This document shows, piece after piece, positions 60,501 to 64,000 of a stretch of DNA of 64,000 nucleotides. The translations under genes were made by a program, and so were the position numbers. The notes beneath the pieces are model-generated. The model did not search any database. It was given only the letters and a program-made list of their open reading frames with translations, and had not been told where the DNA came from. The stretch is from assembly GCF_009914755.1 (NCBI RefSeq), contig NC_060928.1; one strand, given 5' to 3'. Every line of letters starts with the position of its first letter. Position 1 is the first letter of the stretch. Source of the DNA: the human T2T-CHM13v2.0 reference genome, Homo sapiens.

Positions 60501-61861
60501 TTCTTTAAAGGAAAAGAAAGAAAAAATGTTGCCACCTGGTTAAACCCCAGGTATCTAAAATTTAGTATATCTCAAACAGAAATGGCCACCCTTCCAAATT
60601 GCTCTTTTTCTGACTCTCAATTTTGATAAATGTTACTTATATCTAATCACTTACCAAAGATAACCATGAAAATCAAGAAAACCAAGGGATCATTCTTAAT
60701 GTCTCTTTCTCTATTACTCCCACATCTAAGCTTTATCTACTCTGCCTCAGAAATACCTCTCAGTGTTAACACGTCTTCATCACTCCCACTACCACTGCGG
60801 TGGCCTCTGTCTTTGTCCCTGATGTCACTAACCGGCCTTTCTCCATCCAGCCTGTGTGCTAGCAATGAACTTACTAAAAGTGAATCTTTTCACATTATTA
60901 TCTTGCTTAGAGATATCGTTTGGCTCTCCATGGCATTCAGGATAAAGTCTGGCATTAGTAGCTTCAAAGCCTTCCTTAATCCCAACCAAACTGTAGTCAT
61001 CTTATCTTCTGTCTGTCCTGTAAAACAATCAGCTATGCAAACTTTTCAACCTTCCTCAGACATACCTGCCCTCCCTTAACTTTGTGTTTTCACCTATGTT
61101 GTCCCTTCTGTGTAAAACACCTATGTTACCTTAAAAGCAGGAGATGCAAATTGGAAGGCCAAAAAACTGAATCTAGCCTCCAGAATATTTTGTATGACCA
61201 ACACAGAGGTTTCAGAAATGTGCAAAGGGCATCCTTTAGGTGTGGTCTTCCCTCTGCTGCTCACCAGGAAGCCCCCAACATCTGGCAACTTCACACGTTC
61301 CCTTTTCCTGGAAGGATTTGAGTTGGAGTTTTCAATACTCATCTCCCCCGAAGCCTTTCATGACTTCCCCCTTGTGAAGGCTCCATTCATAATCCCAAAA
61401 TAGCACTTATCACAGTGTCCCGAGATCTCTGCTTGCATGTGGCTCAACTCTGACTCTCAGCAGGAACTGTGGCACCAACCTAAATTCTACCAAGAAAAGT
61501 ATAGACACACACTGGAAGGCACTAGTTAGGGATCCAGAAGTGATTCACTCTTTCCTTGGAATATTTTTGATCTCCAAAGATATCTGGAGCAACCATTTTC
61601 ATATGATCCCAGGTCATACATATTTTAGAGGAAAGTTCCAGCAGGGGAAAGTGCTTTTAAAGTTTCTTTTATCTTCTTTGCAAAGGTGGTGATCCTAGAT
61701 GATTGGCCTGAGCTATGTATTAATATTTTGCCTGATTAAGCTTTTAGGTGGGTTGTGAAGCAGAATGTGAGCTTCTCCTTCACTTTGGTATGGGTGATTC
61801 CATTTCTGTTCTAGGTCTGCAGGCCTTTGTACAGTGAGCAAGCAAATGAAGGAGCATTATC

Positions 61862-61945
61862 AATAGACAGATACATAAATAGATAGTATTGATATACATA
61901 ATGTATATCATAGATAGAGAGAGAGATAGATAGATGATAGATAGA
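61862..61945. repeat. Degenerate (GATA)n repeat
   Basis: ATAGATAGAGAGAGAGATAGATAGATGATAGATAGA. Confidence 0.8.
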
Positions 61946-62989
61946 CCGATATGTTTGCTGCCCTAATGGATTGACATAATCATATACATATTATATATAT
62001 AATAAACATATTTTTTAATTTAAGCGATTGAATAGTGTGTGTGTTTGTGTGTGTGTGTGTGAGATTATCTCAATCCAGTAGAGCAGCAAACATATGTCTA
62101 GTACAATTTAATAAGCCTTTTTGTTACATAAGTAAACATCAGACTTTGGCTCAAATAGAAATGAGCAAAAGGATTTGCACAATTCTACCAATACTGCATA
62201 AATGTTTATTTTGATGAGTTCTGGGCTACTTTTTAAAGTTTTTTTTTTGTTATTTTGATGAGGTTTTGGCTCTTTGGGGGCATATTAATTATATTATCTC
62301 ATTACACATTTTTAGAGGATTTTGGAAATTAGGAAGCACAACAAGCAGATGAACACAGGTGGAGACACCATGAAAATACTTACCAGGTGACTTCCCTGAG
62401 TGCAGTCACAGGCCCATTTTCTCCCATTAGAAATTAGAACTTAGAAAATCCTGTACAACAGAGATGGCAAACAGATGCCGGACACATGTGGTTCTCCTTA
62501 AGAATGATCTTCTGTGGGGTGTTCTCCGTGCTTCTGACAGTCCTCTCTGTGTGTTCCCTTCTGGGATCCCTTAGATTAAAGCATGCTCCTCGAATTCTCA
62601 GTGCAATGACAGAGGGGAAGGTGGGGGGATAGAGAAAGGGGCATGAGAGGGTGTGGCTTTTGGAATAAGGGATTGGCACTAGATTTCTAACTCAGATTCT
62701 GTGTCCACCTATGGAGAAAGCCACAAACATTCAGGTCAAATTCTGGTGACAGTCAAAGTTAGTAAACTTTAATTCTTCATTTTACTGCTTTCTGTGGTTG
62801 GAGGGCACAAAAAAATTCTGTTTCTCAAAATTCTCAAAAAAAGTTTTAAAAATTAATTATATTATTAGGGAAGGTGATGGTAATGCCTAACTCTGTTTAA
62901 AATGGGACATCTGTACAGATGTTTTGCTGACAAGTGGGTTTATCAGGTTGACAATGTTAAGCTCAAGCAAATATAAGAAGCTTTGTCTC

Positions 62990-63432
<443 letters not shown>

Positions 63433-64000
63433 TCATTTGTGTCATATAGTCTCTGCTTCTGAGATACCCTCACCCACATTCCATCAATCTAATAACTTTT
63501 CAAAAGAAAAAAACTCCATTACATTTAATATGCATATTGACTGTATGGTAAATCCTGATTTTAGAAATGTTGTAAAGTGGTAGGAAAGAGGAGGGAGAAG
63601 TGCATCTTAAAACTGGGGTAGGAAGATACATACTTGAAGAGAGTCTCTTCTAATTGATTCAGTCAAAAAATGGCATGTGCGTTAAGGATGTAGATCTCCT
63701 AGAACCTGACGGCAGGAGGTATAGAAAAGATTTCTCAAGAACTAGGCAGTCAGCAGGCAGCCAATATTTTGAGTTCTGGTGATGTCTACTCTGTATATCT
63801 GTTTGGTTCATCTTTCTACAGCTCTTCCTATCCGTGACCCTTAACTTCTCCTCCTTCAGAATTTCAGCATGAACTTTTCATGCTACCAACTTTGGACTCA
63901 AAATTTGACTGTTTCCCACTGCTAATAGACTTATTCTTAAAGTACTCCAACTACAAAATTCTGCAGGAGGAATCTAATGGGCTCAGCTTGGGTATTTTCT

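Noticed and set aside
62356-62387. U1 snRNA-like pieces in permuted order (CAGGTGGAGACACCATGA then ATACTTACCAGG)
   Set aside because: Two short imperfect matches in the wrong order, no tail or TSD; the second is just the complement of a splice-donor motif. Most likely chance.

Overview
Human-type (primate) genomic DNA containing the 5' end of ZNF827 on the minus strand. Its first coding exon (20458..20416) encodes MPRRKQEQPKRLPS+H, the N-terminal NuRD-recruiting RRK motif. It lies in a ~3.4 kb CpG island (~17800-21170). Bases 1-20415 are intron 1 and ~21.2-64 kb is upstream intergenic sequence with no other recognisable gene. The rest is interspersed repeats: Alus, a 5'-truncated ~5.7 kb L1PA, old L1M/L2/L3/MIR, MaLR and ERVL solo LTRs, two Charlie1a, MADE1 and a Y1 RNA pseudogene. 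Nearly all ORFs in the supplied track are repeat-derived or GC-rich artefacts. Best unexplained signals: (1) a 174-bp, ~98% identical inverted duplication in intron 1 copied from an ancient L3/L2 junction; (2) an AUG-UGA start-stop element inside a 9-bp hairpin 13 nt before the ZNF827 start codon; (3) three tandem nuclear-receptor half-sites resembling variant telomere repeats at the island edge; (4) an unassigned long imperfect hairpin at ~62 kb. Repeat subfamily names come from visual recognition and many boundaries are approximate.
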